From Candidatus Poribacteria bacterium (lineage in GTDB: Bacteria > Poribacteria > WGA-4E > PCPOR2b): 64,000 bases of DNA. The stretch spans positions 3,744,001 through 3,808,000 of the forward strand of contig OZ220744.1 of the NCBI GenBank assembly GCA_965116925.1. Direction: 5' to 3'. Below are positions 20,059 through 31,018 of the stretch, one piece after another. The position numbers were made by a program, and so were the translations under genes. Within the stretch, counting starts at the first letter, position 1, and each line of letters opens with the position of its first letter. A model generated the notes under the pieces. It was not told the origin of the DNA, searched no databases, and saw nothing but the letters and a program-made list of their open reading frames with translations.

Positions 20059-20886
20059 TTAAATAACCACGTCGGATTTTTTTGCCTTTTCGGTGGTTTG
20101 CCCGGAGATTTCGTCGCCAACTTGTCGCAGTTGATTAAAGTCGCGTTGGAAGCCTTCGTGTAGAGCTCCCACGTCGGTCTTGTGCAGGACAAATCGGACC
20201 CCTTCTTGAATCCACTTTGTTGATAGCTCGACAGATTGCAGATGGACAGCGACGGGGATATTTCGCGCACCGCATGTGCGAATGACAAAGCGAATCATCT
20301 CCTCAAAATCCGGATGATCATACTGGTCTGGGATACCCATTGTGATACTCATGTCGTTGGGACCTACGAAAATTGCATCAATCCCACCGATTTTTAAGAT
20401 CTCCTCCAAATTATCGGCGGCAGGTACGCTCTCAATCCCAATCATGACAACGGTGTTGCGATTTCTTTCCTGTAAATATTCTTTCGATACCTCGCTTGGG
20501 AATTCCCCCGTCTCCATCACGCGGTCCACGAGCGCGCCTTTCAACGGACGCCATCTTGCTGCTGCGACCACTTCCTGCACTTCCTCAACGGTTTCGCAGT
20601 ATGGGACGAGAACGCCGTGTGCGCCGGCATCAAGTGCCATGGTTACATAGTGAGATGAGGGAATTGGGATGCGGACAATTGTGGTCGTTCCTGTCGTGTT
20701 AATCGCCGAGATAAAATCCGCTACCTCTCCCCGACTGTATGCTGAATGTTCGTTATCAATAATTACATAGTCGAAGTTGAGTTGGCCAATCGCTCTTGCC
20801 CACCGAGGATTACGCGATAGACTCAGCATTGTGCCGTATACGATGCCACCATTTTCTAATTTATTGCGTAGATCTATACCAGCCAT
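20059..20886 (-). CDS. HpcH/HpaI aldolase family protein
   Basis: IIDNEHS, LDAGAHG, IES, FVGPNDMS. Confidence 0.88.
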   Translation of the reverse strand: MAGIDLRNKLENGGIVYGTMLSLSRNPRWARAIGQLNFDYVIIDNEHSAYSRGEVADFISAINTTGTTTIVRIPIPSSHYVTMALDAGAHGVLVPYCETVEEVQEVVAAARWRPLKGALVDRVMETGEFPSEVSKEYLQERNRNTVVMIGIESVPAADNLEEILKIGGIDAIFVGPNDMSITMGIPDQYDHPDFEEMIRFVIRTCGARNIPVAVHLQSVELSTKWIQEGVRFVLHKTDVGALHEGFQRDFNQLRQVGDEISGQTTEKAKKSDVVI

Positions 20887-20927
20887 TTATGTCTCCGTAT
20901 TGGTTTATGAATTAAGAGGTTGTGCGG

Positions 20928-21587
20928 TCATTCAGATTTGGGATTTGGGTTGATTTGTTGTTGCATCTGTTGCCGAATCATGAAGTCGTCGGGGGCAACA
21001 ATTCCGCCTGAAATTAGCATTTTCATGGCAGTTTCAACCTTCATGTTTGTCTCATAGATGATTTCTGGATCACAGAAGAGCAAAACGCCTGTTGTCGGGT
21101 TCGGACTGGTTGGGACAAAGACAGAAGCAACTGGAACGGGATTCCCTTCTTCCTGGAACTCTCCTGTAACGAAGCCGATAACACGTATCGTTGATCCGGG
21201 AGTCTTAACCGCAACCGCTCGTGAGAACCTGTTCGTATTTGAGGTCATCAAAGCCATCTGCACCACCTGCTTGACAGGTGCATAGACCTCTCGCACGAGC
21301 GGAATCTTTGTTAAAATTTTCTCGCCTGCCCCAAGTAATTTTTGTCCCAAAAAATTGGAGACGATTAAACCTACTAAGTAGACGAGCAGGATTGTCGCTA
21401 GTGCTCCCATACCGATGTGATATTTTTCCTTCAACCCCAACTCTAACATTATCGGCGACATTATCGGCTTAAGCCAGCCATCGATTGTAGTGAAGAGGAA
21501 CTTCAGCACAAAGACGGTGACACCCAACGGTATCAGCGTTAAAATTCCTGTGATTAGTTTACTCCTGAAATGTCTTCTAATTCCCAT
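20928..21587 (-). CDS. DUF502 membrane protein
   Basis: KIPLVREVY, VFVPTSPNPTTG, ISGG. Confidence 0.9.
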   Translation of the reverse strand: MGIRRHFRSKLITGILTLIPLGVTVFVLKFLFTTIDGWLKPIMSPIMLELGLKEKYHIGMGALATILLVYLVGLIVSNFLGQKLLGAGEKILTKIPLVREVYAPVKQVVQMALMTSNTNRFSRAVAVKTPGSTIRVIGFVTGEFQEEGNPVPVASVFVPTSPNPTTGVLLFCDPEIIYETNMKVETAMKMLISGGIVAPDDFMIRQQMQQQINPNPKSE

Positions 21588-21990
21588 TTTTTTACTTGTA
21601 TTGATAGGGTGAAGCGAGACAACATGAAATGTCTTTCATTGGTCGTTAATCACGCCATAGAATTAAGAATTTAATAACACAAGTTGACACTTGTACCTCC
21701 GCTTATCATGTCCGTCCGAACTAAGCGGAGTAAGGCTAGTGAATACAACGCAAAACACGAAAAAAAGATGCAAAATATCTCAATTTCCAAGAGGGGTAAC
21801 TTCGATTTTAATACTCTAAATATGATAGCATATACACAGTGCATCGTCAATCAGATTGCTTTTTTCCTCGGTCAAATTAATTGTCGTGAAAGCTTCTCTA
21901 AAATGCGTAAAAGTTGTTGTTATTCAGATCCAATCGCGTTAAAATACGATCGGCTTAACATAAAAATTGATTAAGGGAGGGTGTAAGATC

Positions 21991-23160
21991 GTGAAAATCA
22001 CTAAAGTTGAGACGCTTCGGGCGAGCCGATTCATGTACGTCAAAGTTGAGACGGATGAGGGAATCACAGGGGTTGGTGAACTCCATCCCGCTAGCGGCAC
22101 TGGCGGCACTCCATTTTTGCCGATTGCAGGGGTCGAATATTGTGCCGAGTACCTCGTCGGCAGGGACCCACTACATATCGAACGGCATTGGCAGCATACA
22201 TTCCGTCGCTGTTTATTCCGGGGCGGCGCAGACGTAATGTCCGCCATCGGTGCGATTGACATTGCTTTGTGGGACATCAAGGGCAAGGTGCATGGGGCAC
22301 CAGTTTATGAACTAATCGGCGGACCCACGCGGGAGAAGGTTCGCCTATATACGCATCTGGGCGGAAGCACGCCCGAAGAATTGTCAGAGCAGGCAGCTGC
22401 GCGTGTTGAAGAAGGGTTCACTGCGGTTAGGTTGTATCCGTTCGGTGATTTCGGTGTATTCGATTTCGAGGAGGGACGCGGTCTGGAAAGCATGAGCTAT
22501 ACCACAATGATTCGCAATGCAGAGCAGCGGGTCGGAGCGGTTCGAGACGCGGTGGGGCCGGAGGTAGATGTCATGATTGATGTTGTCAACCGACTTACTC
22601 CAGCGGAAGCCATCGCGGTGGGACGGGCACTTGAGCCGTATGACCTATATTTTTTCGAGGATCCGATCGAACCTGAGAACATGGACGCGTGGGAGTACGT
22701 TGCGGCTAGTGTTCCTATGCCGCTTGCGATGGGGGAACGGCTCTACACGATTTATCAATTCCGAGATCTGCTGAACCACAACGGTGCTGCATTCGTCCGT
22801 CCCGACCTGTCGCTCGCTGGCGGGATCACAAATGTCAAGAAAATCGCGACGCTTGCAGAGGCAAGTTATGTCGGTGTGGTGCCACATAATCCGTTGAGTT
22901 GTGTCCTCACCGCCGCGTGTGTGCAGATCGATGTAGCTATTCACAACCTTGCTGTGCAAGAGTATCCGTTGGGTGAAGACAAATCTCCGAAACGCGATTT
23001 TGTCAAGGAGCCAATTAAGCGGGAAGGCGGCTATTTAATCCCTCCGGACACGCCGGGAATTGGGATTGAACTCAATGAAGAGGCGTTCAAGCATTATCCT
23101 CCTGAGCCGTATGTGCGCCCACCGCTCATTACTCCGGACGGGGGATTGAAGGAGTATTAA
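21991..23160 (+). CDS. Mandelate racemase / galactonate dehydratase-like enolase superfamily enzyme
   Basis: IDIALWDIKGK, FFEDP, GERLY, PHNP; GGGAGG RBS. Confidence 0.88.
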   Translation: MKITKVETLRASRFMYVKVETDEGITGVGELHPASGTGGTPFLPIAGVEYCAEYLVGRDPLHIERHWQHTFRRCLFRGGADVMSAIGAIDIALWDIKGKVHGAPVYELIGGPTREKVRLYTHLGGSTPEELSEQAAARVEEGFTAVRLYPFGDFGVFDFEEGRGLESMSYTTMIRNAEQRVGAVRDAVGPEVDVMIDVVNRLTPAEAIAVGRALEPYDLYFFEDPIEPENMDAWEYVAASVPMPLAMGERLYTIYQFRDLLNHNGAAFVRPDLSLAGGITNVKKIATLAEASYVGVVPHNPLSCVLTAACVQIDVAIHNLAVQEYPLGEDKSPKRDFVKEPIKREGGYLIPPDTPGIGIELNEEAFKHYPPEPYVRPPLITPDGGLKEY

Positions 23161-24440
23161 TTAGTTGGTATGGGCAACCACATCCCACCGGTTTTTCTCG
23201 CTAGTGCCTTTTGCTCACGTTCAGCTTTGAGCGGATCATCGGCTTCGGTTCTATCAGTTACGCCCCCAATTATATCCAATGTTATCTCTGCCGCCCAGCA
23301 TTGTTGTAGCACCTCTTGAATTGTATAGGGACCTGTGCACGGTGCATCGGTAATGAGGATAAAACGCCGTCGTGCCTCCGGGCGGAATTTTATCCTCGAT
23401 ATCGATTTGACAATTGCCTCATAAGCCCGCTCAGCTCCACCACATTTGATGTTTTCGAGGAGGCGTTCATACCGCTGATAATCCTTCGTCGGTTGATGAA
23501 AGTGTTGTACCAGATACTTAAACGGTACGACTGCCATTGTGAAATCCAACTGTTCTGCTCGAAAGACTTCTACCATATCAACCAAATGCCTTCCCACTGC
23601 CCGAATATTATCTTCCATACTGCCGCTGGTATCTAACAGAAAGACAATATCTACGGTTGGCGAATCTTTCCCGCTCGCGATACCGCTGGCGATTGTCTGA
23701 AGCAGAGATCCAATCTGTGCTTCGTGGTCGAGTGATGGTGTCTCAACGCTGTCGATCTGTGGTGTTTGTGTTTGTGAAAGATCGTGTTTAGTTTCGGTGA
23801 ATCTTGATTGAGAAATTTCGGCTACAGTTTCCAATGGTTCGCCAATTGATTCCTGCAAATGCCAATCGTCTTCGGCTGCTTCTGCAAAGGGCGTATCCGA
23901 TGTGGGTAGTAGGTGAGCTGCTGTGTTTAGGGGTTTAGCTGTTGACTGAATTGGTGAAGCCACTTGGTTTACCTGCACTGCTGAAGCCTTTAGGGACATC
24001 AATGGTCTGGAGGGCACACTATTTATATAAGGTTGGTCGGGAACGTTGATATGAAAGACCGGCTTTTTGATATCTACGGGGTGGAGACGTTGGGAGTGAA
24101 ATTCGACCTCAATCAGTTCCGCAACAATCGGATCCGGTGGCGGAGGCGGTCGATACCATCGTGGCAAATTGATGCTAACCATAAGGACCGCTATCAGGTG
24201 CAGTAGCAAGGAGATAAAAAACGAGAAACGTGTGCGACGGTTCGCTCTGGCTCGATTGGACCTCCGAGACCATCGCAGGTTGTCAGGCGTGGGGTGGAAA
24301 GCGTGAGGTTTAGTGTGTTGAAAGTCACCTAGAGCACCGCCTCTATAAAACCTGAAACGTGATGTACGACGCTTAAACATGATTTGCCAATTCATTGAAT
24401 TCCTCGTTCGCCGATTTGCTCGCTGCGATTTTATCACCAA
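23157..24440 (-). CDS. Membrane-anchored vWA-domain protein (start uncertain)
   Basis: SLLLH transmembrane segment, Pro-rich linker, DIVFLLDTSGSM MIDAS motif, LITDAP. Confidence 0.8.
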   Translation of the reverse strand: MVIKSQRANRRTRNSMNWQIMFKRRTSRFRFYRGGALGDFQHTKPHAFHPTPDNLRWSRRSNRARANRRTRFSFFISLLLHLIAVLMVSINLPRWYRPPPPPDPIVAELIEVEFHSQRLHPVDIKKPVFHINVPDQPYINSVPSRPLMSLKASAVQVNQVASPIQSTAKPLNTAAHLLPTSDTPFAEAAEDDWHLQESIGEPLETVAEISQSRFTETKHDLSQTQTPQIDSVETPSLDHEAQIGSLLQTIASGIASGKDSPTVDIVFLLDTSGSMEDNIRAVGRHLVDMVEVFRAEQLDFTMAVVPFKYLVQHFHQPTKDYQRYERLLENIKCGGAERAYEAIVKSISRIKFRPEARRRFILITDAPCTGPYTIQEVLQQCWAAEITLDIIGGVTDRTEADDPLKAEREQKALARKTGGMWLPIPTN

Positions 24441-24594
24441 GTGTTCTGTATGTCAAAGAAAATCCCGCTTGAGATCAAGCTAGTCAAGGGATGGAGAATA
24501 GATATTTTGCTTGCAGGTTCAAAGATGGGTGTGTTACAATAACTTTAATTTTCATGTTTTCAGTAATTTCAGCTTCATAATTGGAACAGGAACC

Positions 24595-25107
24595 ATGGAA
24601 TCAAATGTACTGGTATTAAATGCAAGCTATGAAGCAATCAACGTTTGCAACCTAAGACGTGCAATGAAGATGCTTGTCAAGGGTGTAGCGTGCATGGAGG
24701 AAGTTTCTGATATCGAGATTCGTTCGCCAACCATTTCGATGAAGATACCGTTGGTAATCCGCTTGGTGAACTATGTCCATATCCCTCATTGTGTTGTGAA
24801 ATTTTCACGTAAGAATGTTTTGATTCGAGATCAATACACATGTCAATATTGCGAAGAACATTTTCCACCGTCAACGCTAACAATTGACCACGTCAAACCT
24901 CGTTCGAGAGGCGGAACGACCGTGTGGGAAAATGTGGCGACAGCGTGTAAAAGGTGTAACGCCAAGAAGAGCGATCGCACACCCCATGAAGCCCGTATGT
25001 TCCCCAAGCGTTCGCCCAAGGCACCCTCAATTATCTCCTATCTGCACTTGAGCCGCAATGGTCGGTCCTATGACGAATCTTGGAAAAAGTACCTGTACAT
25101 CAACTAA
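24595..25107 (+). CDS. HNH endonuclease (McrA-like)
   Basis: VLVLNASYE, RDQYTCQYC, TIDHVKPRSRGG, NVATACKRCNAKK. Confidence 0.92.
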   Translation: MESNVLVLNASYEAINVCNLRRAMKMLVKGVACMEEVSDIEIRSPTISMKIPLVIRLVNYVHIPHCVVKFSRKNVLIRDQYTCQYCEEHFPPSTLTIDHVKPRSRGGTTVWENVATACKRCNAKKSDRTPHEARMFPKRSPKAPSIISYLHLSRNGRSYDESWKKYLYIN

Positions 25108-25154
25108 AGTTCTGTCTTGATGGAAATTGACAAGATAAGCCAAAAACGGCAGAT

Positions 25155-25907
25155 GTGATTTCAGCGGAGACAAAATTGTATCTATTGAGAAAAATCGCAA
25201 AGAGTCGCGAATGCTTTTCTGTACCTCCGCTTATGCACTCGTGTGCTCGTGTGTCTGTTTCTAATGCGTTAATATTGAGCCTTCCATTCCTACTGCTGAG
25301 TTGTACCCTACATGCTCCAGAAGATTATTACTATGAGTTTGCCCTGATGGAAGGGTGGGGAAAAACGAACCGACAGAAAACTGGACGACAACTTCATGAG
25401 GTCATACGCCACCCAGAAAACAGTGAACCCCTTGTGATTGCATTTGAAGTTGGGGAACCTCCCGCAGCGTTGCTCGGTTTTATTCCGTATGATGTTCCAG
25501 ATTCACCTGAGGTAGACCAACCACCTACTATCGTGACCCCTAAGGTGCCAATTTCGTTACGGGGTGAAGTCTTGCGGCAACTCTTTAATGAGAAACAAAT
25601 TCGAGTCGTTCATTGGCGACTGAGGAATGGGCGTCTGAGGGAAGATCAGAACGTCGTGATGCTTAACTTTATTCCGTACGCATTCTCCGAACGCGCAATC
25701 AAGGAGGAGTTCCTCATGATTTTTGCGCTTGTGCATGCAGCGCAAACACAGGCGGATACGATTGATGTTATACGGGTGATGGCAGAGGACGAAAACGGTA
25801 CACCGCAGATGAGTTTGGAGGCTCAAGTTGTAAATTATATTGCGTATTTGCAAGGGAAAATTGACGGGCAGCAGTGGGAGCAGCGACTTCGACTCCAGAG
25901 ATTTTAA
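25155..25907 (+). CDS. Hypothetical protein, probable lipoprotein (start uncertain)
   Basis: Hydrophobic stretch ending in an LLSC lipobox. Confidence 0.55.
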   Translation: MISAETKLYLLRKIAKSRECFSVPPLMHSCARVSVSNALILSLPFLLLSCTLHAPEDYYYEFALMEGWGKTNRQKTGRQLHEVIRHPENSEPLVIAFEVGEPPAALLGFIPYDVPDSPEVDQPPTIVTPKVPISLRGEVLRQLFNEKQIRVVHWRLRNGRLREDQNVVMLNFIPYAFSERAIKEEFLMIFALVHAAQTQADTIDVIRVMAEDENGTPQMSLEAQVVNYIAYLQGKIDGQQWEQRLRLQRF

Positions 25908-25908
25908 T

Positions 25909-26259
25909 ATGGCGCGTAAAGTTCATCCGGACAGACTGACGCAGCGTTGGGAATTTCAACGGGGTTATAAAAAGGGGAAAAAGTACTGGAACCGGCATCT
26001 TGTTATCTATGTGTTCAGACAGTCTTTATACTCCACCCGTTTGGGTATCACCGTCAGTAAAAAGATTGGAAACAGTGTTAAACGGAACCGCCTCAAACGT
26101 CTGATCCGGGAATCGTTTAGACTATCACAACAGCAAATATGTCAAGGATATGATATTGTTGCTGTTGGCAGGTCTGCGGCGGTCGGTGTAAAATGTCAGC
26201 AAGTTCAAGCGTCATTCTTGCAACTGCTGCGGCGAGCCAAGGTTTGTAGATCCAAGTAG
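25909..26259 (+). CDS. rnpA: Ribonuclease P protein component
   Basis: RLGITVSKKIGNSVKRNRLKRLIRESFR. Confidence 0.95.
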   Translation: MARKVHPDRLTQRWEFQRGYKKGKKYWNRHLVIYVFRQSLYSTRLGITVSKKIGNSVKRNRLKRLIRESFRLSQQQICQGYDIVAVGRSAAVGVKCQQVQASFLQLLRRAKVCRSK

Positions 26260-26307
26260 TTCAGTGCGTATGTAAACCTGATCGGCTCTGCAAACCTTGT
26301 CAATACC

Positions 26308-26517
26308 ATGAAGATCTTACTCATCTACGCCATACACTGCTATCGTAAACTGATTTCACCTCTCTTTCCGCCAACCTGCCGGTTTTATCCTACATGTTCT
26401 CAATATGCCCTTGAGGCAGTTACAAAATATGGAGCTATAAAAGGAGGGTGGCTTGCGCTTAAACGACTATCTAAGTGTCATCCATATCACCCTGGTGGTT
26501 ACCATCCCCTGAAGTAA
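26308..26517 (+). CDS. yidD: Membrane protein insertion efficiency factor
   Basis: [10 protein letters not shown]...[10 protein letters not shown]. Confidence 0.95.
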   Translation: MKILLIYAIHCYRKLISPLFPPTCRFYPTCSQYALEAVTKYGAIKGGWLALKRLSKCHPYHPGGYHPLK

Positions 26518-26556
26518 AATTCTATGTCAAAAAATCGCCACGAGGAGATTTGTTAA

Positions 26557-28443
26557 ATGGAGAAACGTTATGTCTTAGCCCTTGTACTTATGGTTGCTGT
26601 GATGTTTGGTTGGAGTTGGTTTTATGGTCGAAAACTCCCCAAGCCTGAACAAACAACCGAGCAAGCGACTGAGCAATCGAGGGAAGCCTCACCCCTCTCA
26701 CCAGATTCATCGTCAGCTTCCAGTGAACCAACAGTTGATACAATTCAATCAGTGCAGGTAGAGTCCCCATCGCGTCCCCGACAACCGGTTAGAGAGGATC
26801 AAACGGTTCAGGTTGAAACTGCGAAATATCATATTATGTTTTTAGTTGGACGATTCGCTTACGCACATGAATGGGGCCTTAAAGAATATCCGGACAGATC
26901 CGGTGTGGATAAATCGTTGTTTAACCTGATTCCAGAAACAGCCCAAAACTGCTTGTCAGTTCACTTTTTTAATGAGGGGTTGACGGTTGATGCTATGGAC
27001 ACGTTCTGGGAAACAGACAAAACAGAACTCATTCTTACAGATCAAAACCTGCAAGATACCCTTACATTTAGCAAGCAGATTGGAGAAAACCTCAGGGTCC
27101 TTAAAAAATTTACGTTTTATCATGATAGATATTACGTTGACCTCGAATTAACGTTCCAGAATTTATCCAATCAACCGTTGATTTCTCTTGATACGATGAG
27201 CGATAACCGTAACGGATATAAACTCCGTTGGGGTCCTGGGATTAATGCTGACCTTCTTGCACATGAACTCAAAAATGGTCGTGGACGACACAATTCAAAA
27301 AACGAAGGTGCCAGAGCGTTGAGCAGTGGTGCTAGCAAACCGGCTAAAGAATTTGATGACGATCAGACGATGGATCCGGTCTTGTGGGCGGGTATGAATA
27401 ATAAGTATTTTGCTGCACTCATGATTCCGGATGGAGTGATCAACGCGACATACGAACTGGAAACCCTCTCAGACAACGGCACAACGACCCCGGCGACTAT
27501 TACTGCTCCATCGGAAGCCGCGAGCCTCATTGTCCCTGGATTTTCATTGGATTCCAACAACAGTCGGGCAGACCAATTCCGCATCTATGTTGGTCCAAAG
27601 GAGTACAAAGTTCTAAAGAGAATCGAGCCACCGGGAACTCAAGAAGAAGACCTTCAACTCGCTGATATTATCGACTTTGGTTTCTTCTGGTATATTGCGT
27701 GGGTCATGCTCTGGCTCCTGAATTTCTTCTACGGTATCATCAAAAATTATGGAGTTGCCATTATTCTCCTGACTTTATTCGTGAAGGTGATCTCATACCC
27801 GCTGACCCGTAAAGGTTACAAATCCATGCAGGCGATGCAGAAGCTCCAACCCCTGCTTACAGAAATCCGTGAAAAGCATCGAGATGATCCACAGAAGCTC
27901 AATAAGGCGACGATGCAACTGTACAAAGAACACGGTGTTAATCCATTCGGTGGGTGCATCCCTTGGATTCCACAGATTCCGGTCTTCATTGCACTATTTG
28001 CACTCCTTGGCAACGCGGTTGAACTACGGGGGGCCCCTTTCTGTTTATGGATAGATGATCTCGCTTCCCCCGATGTCCTATTCACTCTTCCCTTTACAAT
28101 TCCATTCATCGGGGATGCATTTCGATTACTACCGATTGTCAACGGCTTCACTACCTGGTTACAACAGAAAACATCAGGCGGTATGGCACCTACGACTGAC
28201 AATATGCAAGCGAAGATTATGCAATTTATGCCTGTGCTCTTTGTTTTTATCCTTTATAACTTTGCGTCAGGGTTGGCACTCTATTGGCTATGTAACAATA
28301 TTTTTACCATTGGTCAACAATACTTACCCAAATTGTGGAAATCCGATGAAGCGGAAGAAACAACCCCTGTTAATACCTCATCGACCAAAAAACAACCTCA
28401 ATCCAAGAAACGACAGTCCCCAAACGCGAGCCGTAGGACATGA
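26557..28443 (+). CDS. yidC: Membrane protein insertase
   Basis: YVGPK, IDFG, NYGVAII, NPFGGC, WIDDLASPD, GLALYW. Confidence 0.95.
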   Translation: MEKRYVLALVLMVAVMFGWSWFYGRKLPKPEQTTEQATEQSREASPLSPDSSSASSEPTVDTIQSVQVESPSRPRQPVREDQTVQVETAKYHIMFLVGRFAYAHEWGLKEYPDRSGVDKSLFNLIPETAQNCLSVHFFNEGLTVDAMDTFWETDKTELILTDQNLQDTLTFSKQIGENLRVLKKFTFYHDRYYVDLELTFQNLSNQPLISLDTMSDNRNGYKLRWGPGINADLLAHELKNGRGRHNSKNEGARALSSGASKPAKEFDDDQTMDPVLWAGMNNKYFAALMIPDGVINATYELETLSDNGTTTPATITAPSEAASLIVPGFSLDSNNSRADQFRIYVGPKEYKVLKRIEPPGTQEEDLQLADIIDFGFFWYIAWVMLWLLNFFYGIIKNYGVAIILLTLFVKVISYPLTRKGYKSMQAMQKLQPLLTEIREKHRDDPQKLNKATMQLYKEHGVNPFGGCIPWIPQIPVFIALFALLGNAVELRGAPFCLWIDDLASPDVLFTLPFTIPFIGDAFRLLPIVNGFTTWLQQKTSGGMAPTTDNMQAKIMQFMPVLFVFILYNFASGLALYWLCNNIFTIGQQYLPKLWKSDEAEETTPVNTSSTKKQPQSKKRQSPNASRRT

Positions 28444-28527
28444 GATGCGGAACGCGCATCATAGATTCCAATAACACCATTCAAATAACTATAGATATTA
28501 TGCGGTTATTCGGGAGGATACTGAATC

Positions 28528-29178
28528 GTGCACCAATATATTGAAGTTGAAGAAAATACAACAGAGGAAGCCTTGGAAGCAGCCCTTAAAGAACTTGGTG
28601 TCAGTCGTGATCAAGTGAGTGTGAAGGTTATACATGAACCCACGAAAGGCATCCTTGGCTTAGGGGCAAAGCTTGCTAAAATCCGTGTGACCCTAAAAGA
28701 GGATATTTCTTCGACACCAGAGGCGGTACTTCATGAGATCCTAAGTCATATGGGGCTTGAGGCGGAGATTGAATCTCAAATCATCAATGGAAGTGTACAT
28801 CTTACAGTAAGTTCTGATAACCCCGGCATACTGATTGGTAAACATGGGCAAACACTGAATGCCGTTGAATATTTGCTGAATTGTATTTTGAATAGGTCAT
28901 CTCTCGTAAAGAAAAAGGTCTTCGTTGATGCGGAAGGTTACCGCGAACGTCGTGAACAGATGCTGACAGATCTGGCTTATCGTGCTGCAGCGAAGGTCAA
29001 ACAGACCCATCAAGAAATCGTCCTAGACCCGATGCCGCCTCGCGACCGTCGAATTATTCACGTTACCTTACAATCGGATGAGCATATTCGCACGTACAGC
29101 CGGGGTGAGGGAATAATGCGGCGCGTTGCTGTTACTACACGCGAAAGATATGAGTCAAATTCAAAGCAGTATGATTGA
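28528..29178 (+). CDS. jag: RNA-binding protein Jag/KhpB (KH + R3H)
   Basis: KGILGLG, LIGKHGQTL, RRIIH; synteny. Confidence 0.93.
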   Translation: MHQYIEVEENTTEEALEAALKELGVSRDQVSVKVIHEPTKGILGLGAKLAKIRVTLKEDISSTPEAVLHEILSHMGLEAEIESQIINGSVHLTVSSDNPGILIGKHGQTLNAVEYLLNCILNRSSLVKKKVFVDAEGYRERREQMLTDLAYRAAAKVKQTHQEIVLDPMPPRDRRIIHVTLQSDEHIRTYSRGEGIMRRVAVTTRERYESNSKQYD

Positions 29179-30556
29179 ATGGGATACAATTGCAGCCATT
29201 GCGACACCGCGGGGCGAAGGAGGTGTCGGTATTGTCCGAGTAAGCGGTCGGCTTGCTATTCCCATTGCCTGTCAGATTTTTCGATCGCCTCGCCACATCT
29301 CACCGGCTGAGTTGCCGAGCCACACATTGAATTATGGACATGTTGTCCAATCATCATCGGGAGAGATTATTGACGAAGTAATGCTCGGCATCATGCGGGC
29401 TCCAAAATCGTATACAGCGGAGGATGTGGTTGAATTTAACTGCCACGGCGGTATTGTTCCCCTCAAAGGTGTGCTTGAGCTAACGTTGAAAGCTGGAGCA
29501 CGTCTCGCGGCACCGGGAGAATTTACCAAACGTGCTTTTCTCAACGGGCGACTGGACCTAGCGCAGGCAGAAGCGGTCGTGGACCTCATTCGTTCAAAGA
29601 CCGATCTCACTCGCCAGATTGCAGTAGATCAGTTATCGGGCAAGCTATCCCAAACGATTAACGGACTCAACGATCGACTTGCAAATCTGCTTGCGGAAGT
29701 CGAGGCATCTATCGATTTTCCTGAAGAAGAACTCGATTTCATGGATTTAACGGTGATGCGGCAAACTGCCCAAGACATCCTTGATGACTTGGACCGGTTG
29801 ATTGCGACCGCATCGGCTGGCAAACTCCTGCGGGAAGGTGTGAACATCGCAATACTCGGACGACCAAACGTTGGGAAATCGAGTTTACTAAATACTTTGT
29901 TACAGGAAGATCGAGCGATAGTCACGGAAATACCGGGGACGACACGGGATACAATCGAAGCACCACTGAACCTTGGTGGGATTCCGCTCAATTTAATAGA
30001 CACTGCTGGGATACATCAAACGACAGATGTTGTTGAACAGCAAGGGGTAATGCGGAGCAAAGCCTATCTTGACCGTGCCGACCTGCTTTTAATCATGTTT
30101 GATTCATCCCGGTCCTTAACTGAGGAAGATCGAGAACTACTCCGTGCGGCGAAGGTCCGTAAATCAATCCTGATTCTGAACAAAATCGACCTATCCATTG
30201 TAACAACTCCCGCAGACTTCCATATCGACGCGCCTCAGAGGCCGGTGGTCCAAATTTCTCTCCTTGATGGCAAAGGGGTTGAAGAGTTGAAATCGGCAGT
30301 TCACCAAGAACTTCTTGAGGGAGATGCGATATGGGGGGATTCTCCAATTGTTACAAATGTTCGTCACTACGACGCGCTGCGTCGTGGAAGGCTTGCGCTT
30401 GGGCATGCAATAGAGAGCTTCACCCGACAGATGCCTCCAGACCTTGTAGCGGTCGATCTGCACAGCAGTTTAGATTGCCTCGGCGAAATTGTTGGAAAAA
30501 CAACAACGGAGGATATTTTGGGTAAGATTTTCTCCCAATTCTGCGTTGGAAAGTGA
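29171..30556 (+). CDS. mnmE: tRNA modification GTPase
   Basis: DTIAAIAT, GRPNVGKSS, GTTRD, DTAG, FCVGK. Confidence 0.97.
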   Translation: MIEWDTIAAIATPRGEGGVGIVRVSGRLAIPIACQIFRSPRHISPAELPSHTLNYGHVVQSSSGEIIDEVMLGIMRAPKSYTAEDVVEFNCHGGIVPLKGVLELTLKAGARLAAPGEFTKRAFLNGRLDLAQAEAVVDLIRSKTDLTRQIAVDQLSGKLSQTINGLNDRLANLLAEVEASIDFPEEELDFMDLTVMRQTAQDILDDLDRLIATASAGKLLREGVNIAILGRPNVGKSSLLNTLLQEDRAIVTEIPGTTRDTIEAPLNLGGIPLNLIDTAGIHQTTDVVEQQGVMRSKAYLDRADLLLIMFDSSRSLTEEDRELLRAAKVRKSILILNKIDLSIVTTPADFHIDAPQRPVVQISLLDGKGVEELKSAVHQELLEGDAIWGDSPIVTNVRHYDALRRGRLALGHAIESFTRQMPPDLVAVDLHSSLDCLGEIVGKTTTEDILGKIFSQFCVGK

Positions 30557-30681
30557 AATGAGGCGTTAGAAAGCCAACGTACTGTTATCACAATAGGTAT
30601 TAAACTACAATCCTTTGAAATGTGGCTAAGCATGACCGAGCAACTGCTCATTGACGAAGAATGATGAAGGAGGGATATAAA

Positions 30682-30897
30682 ATGTTGACACAGCAACAGC
30701 AGTGGTGTCCTCGCTGCAAACGTTACGTTGAGACGGAACAGAAGCAGAATAAATTGGGTAGGCGCGGCAATCTAGTGCAACTCGTCACGACCTGCCAAAA
30801 GTGTCGAATAACGCTCAACAGTAAAACAGTTAGTGCTTCAGCTCTTGAGCAGATGCAAACAGAATCTGCTGCTGACCAGCCGATCCCTGGAGAATAA
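30682..30897 (+). CDS. Small putative zinc-ribbon protein
   Basis: CPRC...CQKC; AAGGAGG RBS. Confidence 0.55.
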   Translation: MLTQQQQWCPRCKRYVETEQKQNKLGRRGNLVQLVTTCQKCRITLNSKTVSASALEQMQTESAADQPIPGE

Positions 30898-31018
30898 TTA
30901 ACAAGTAATTTGCAATACAAATTACACTTTTTTTGCTTCTGTTCGTTTAAGATATTAGTAAACTGGCTTGGATTTTTAATTTCTATCCCTAAATTCCTTC
31001 AACATAAGGAGAAGAACA

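Noticed and set aside
21692..25234. 15-nt exact repeat TGTACCTCCGCTTAT at 21692 and 25220
   Set aside because: One or two such matches are expected by chance in 64 kb.
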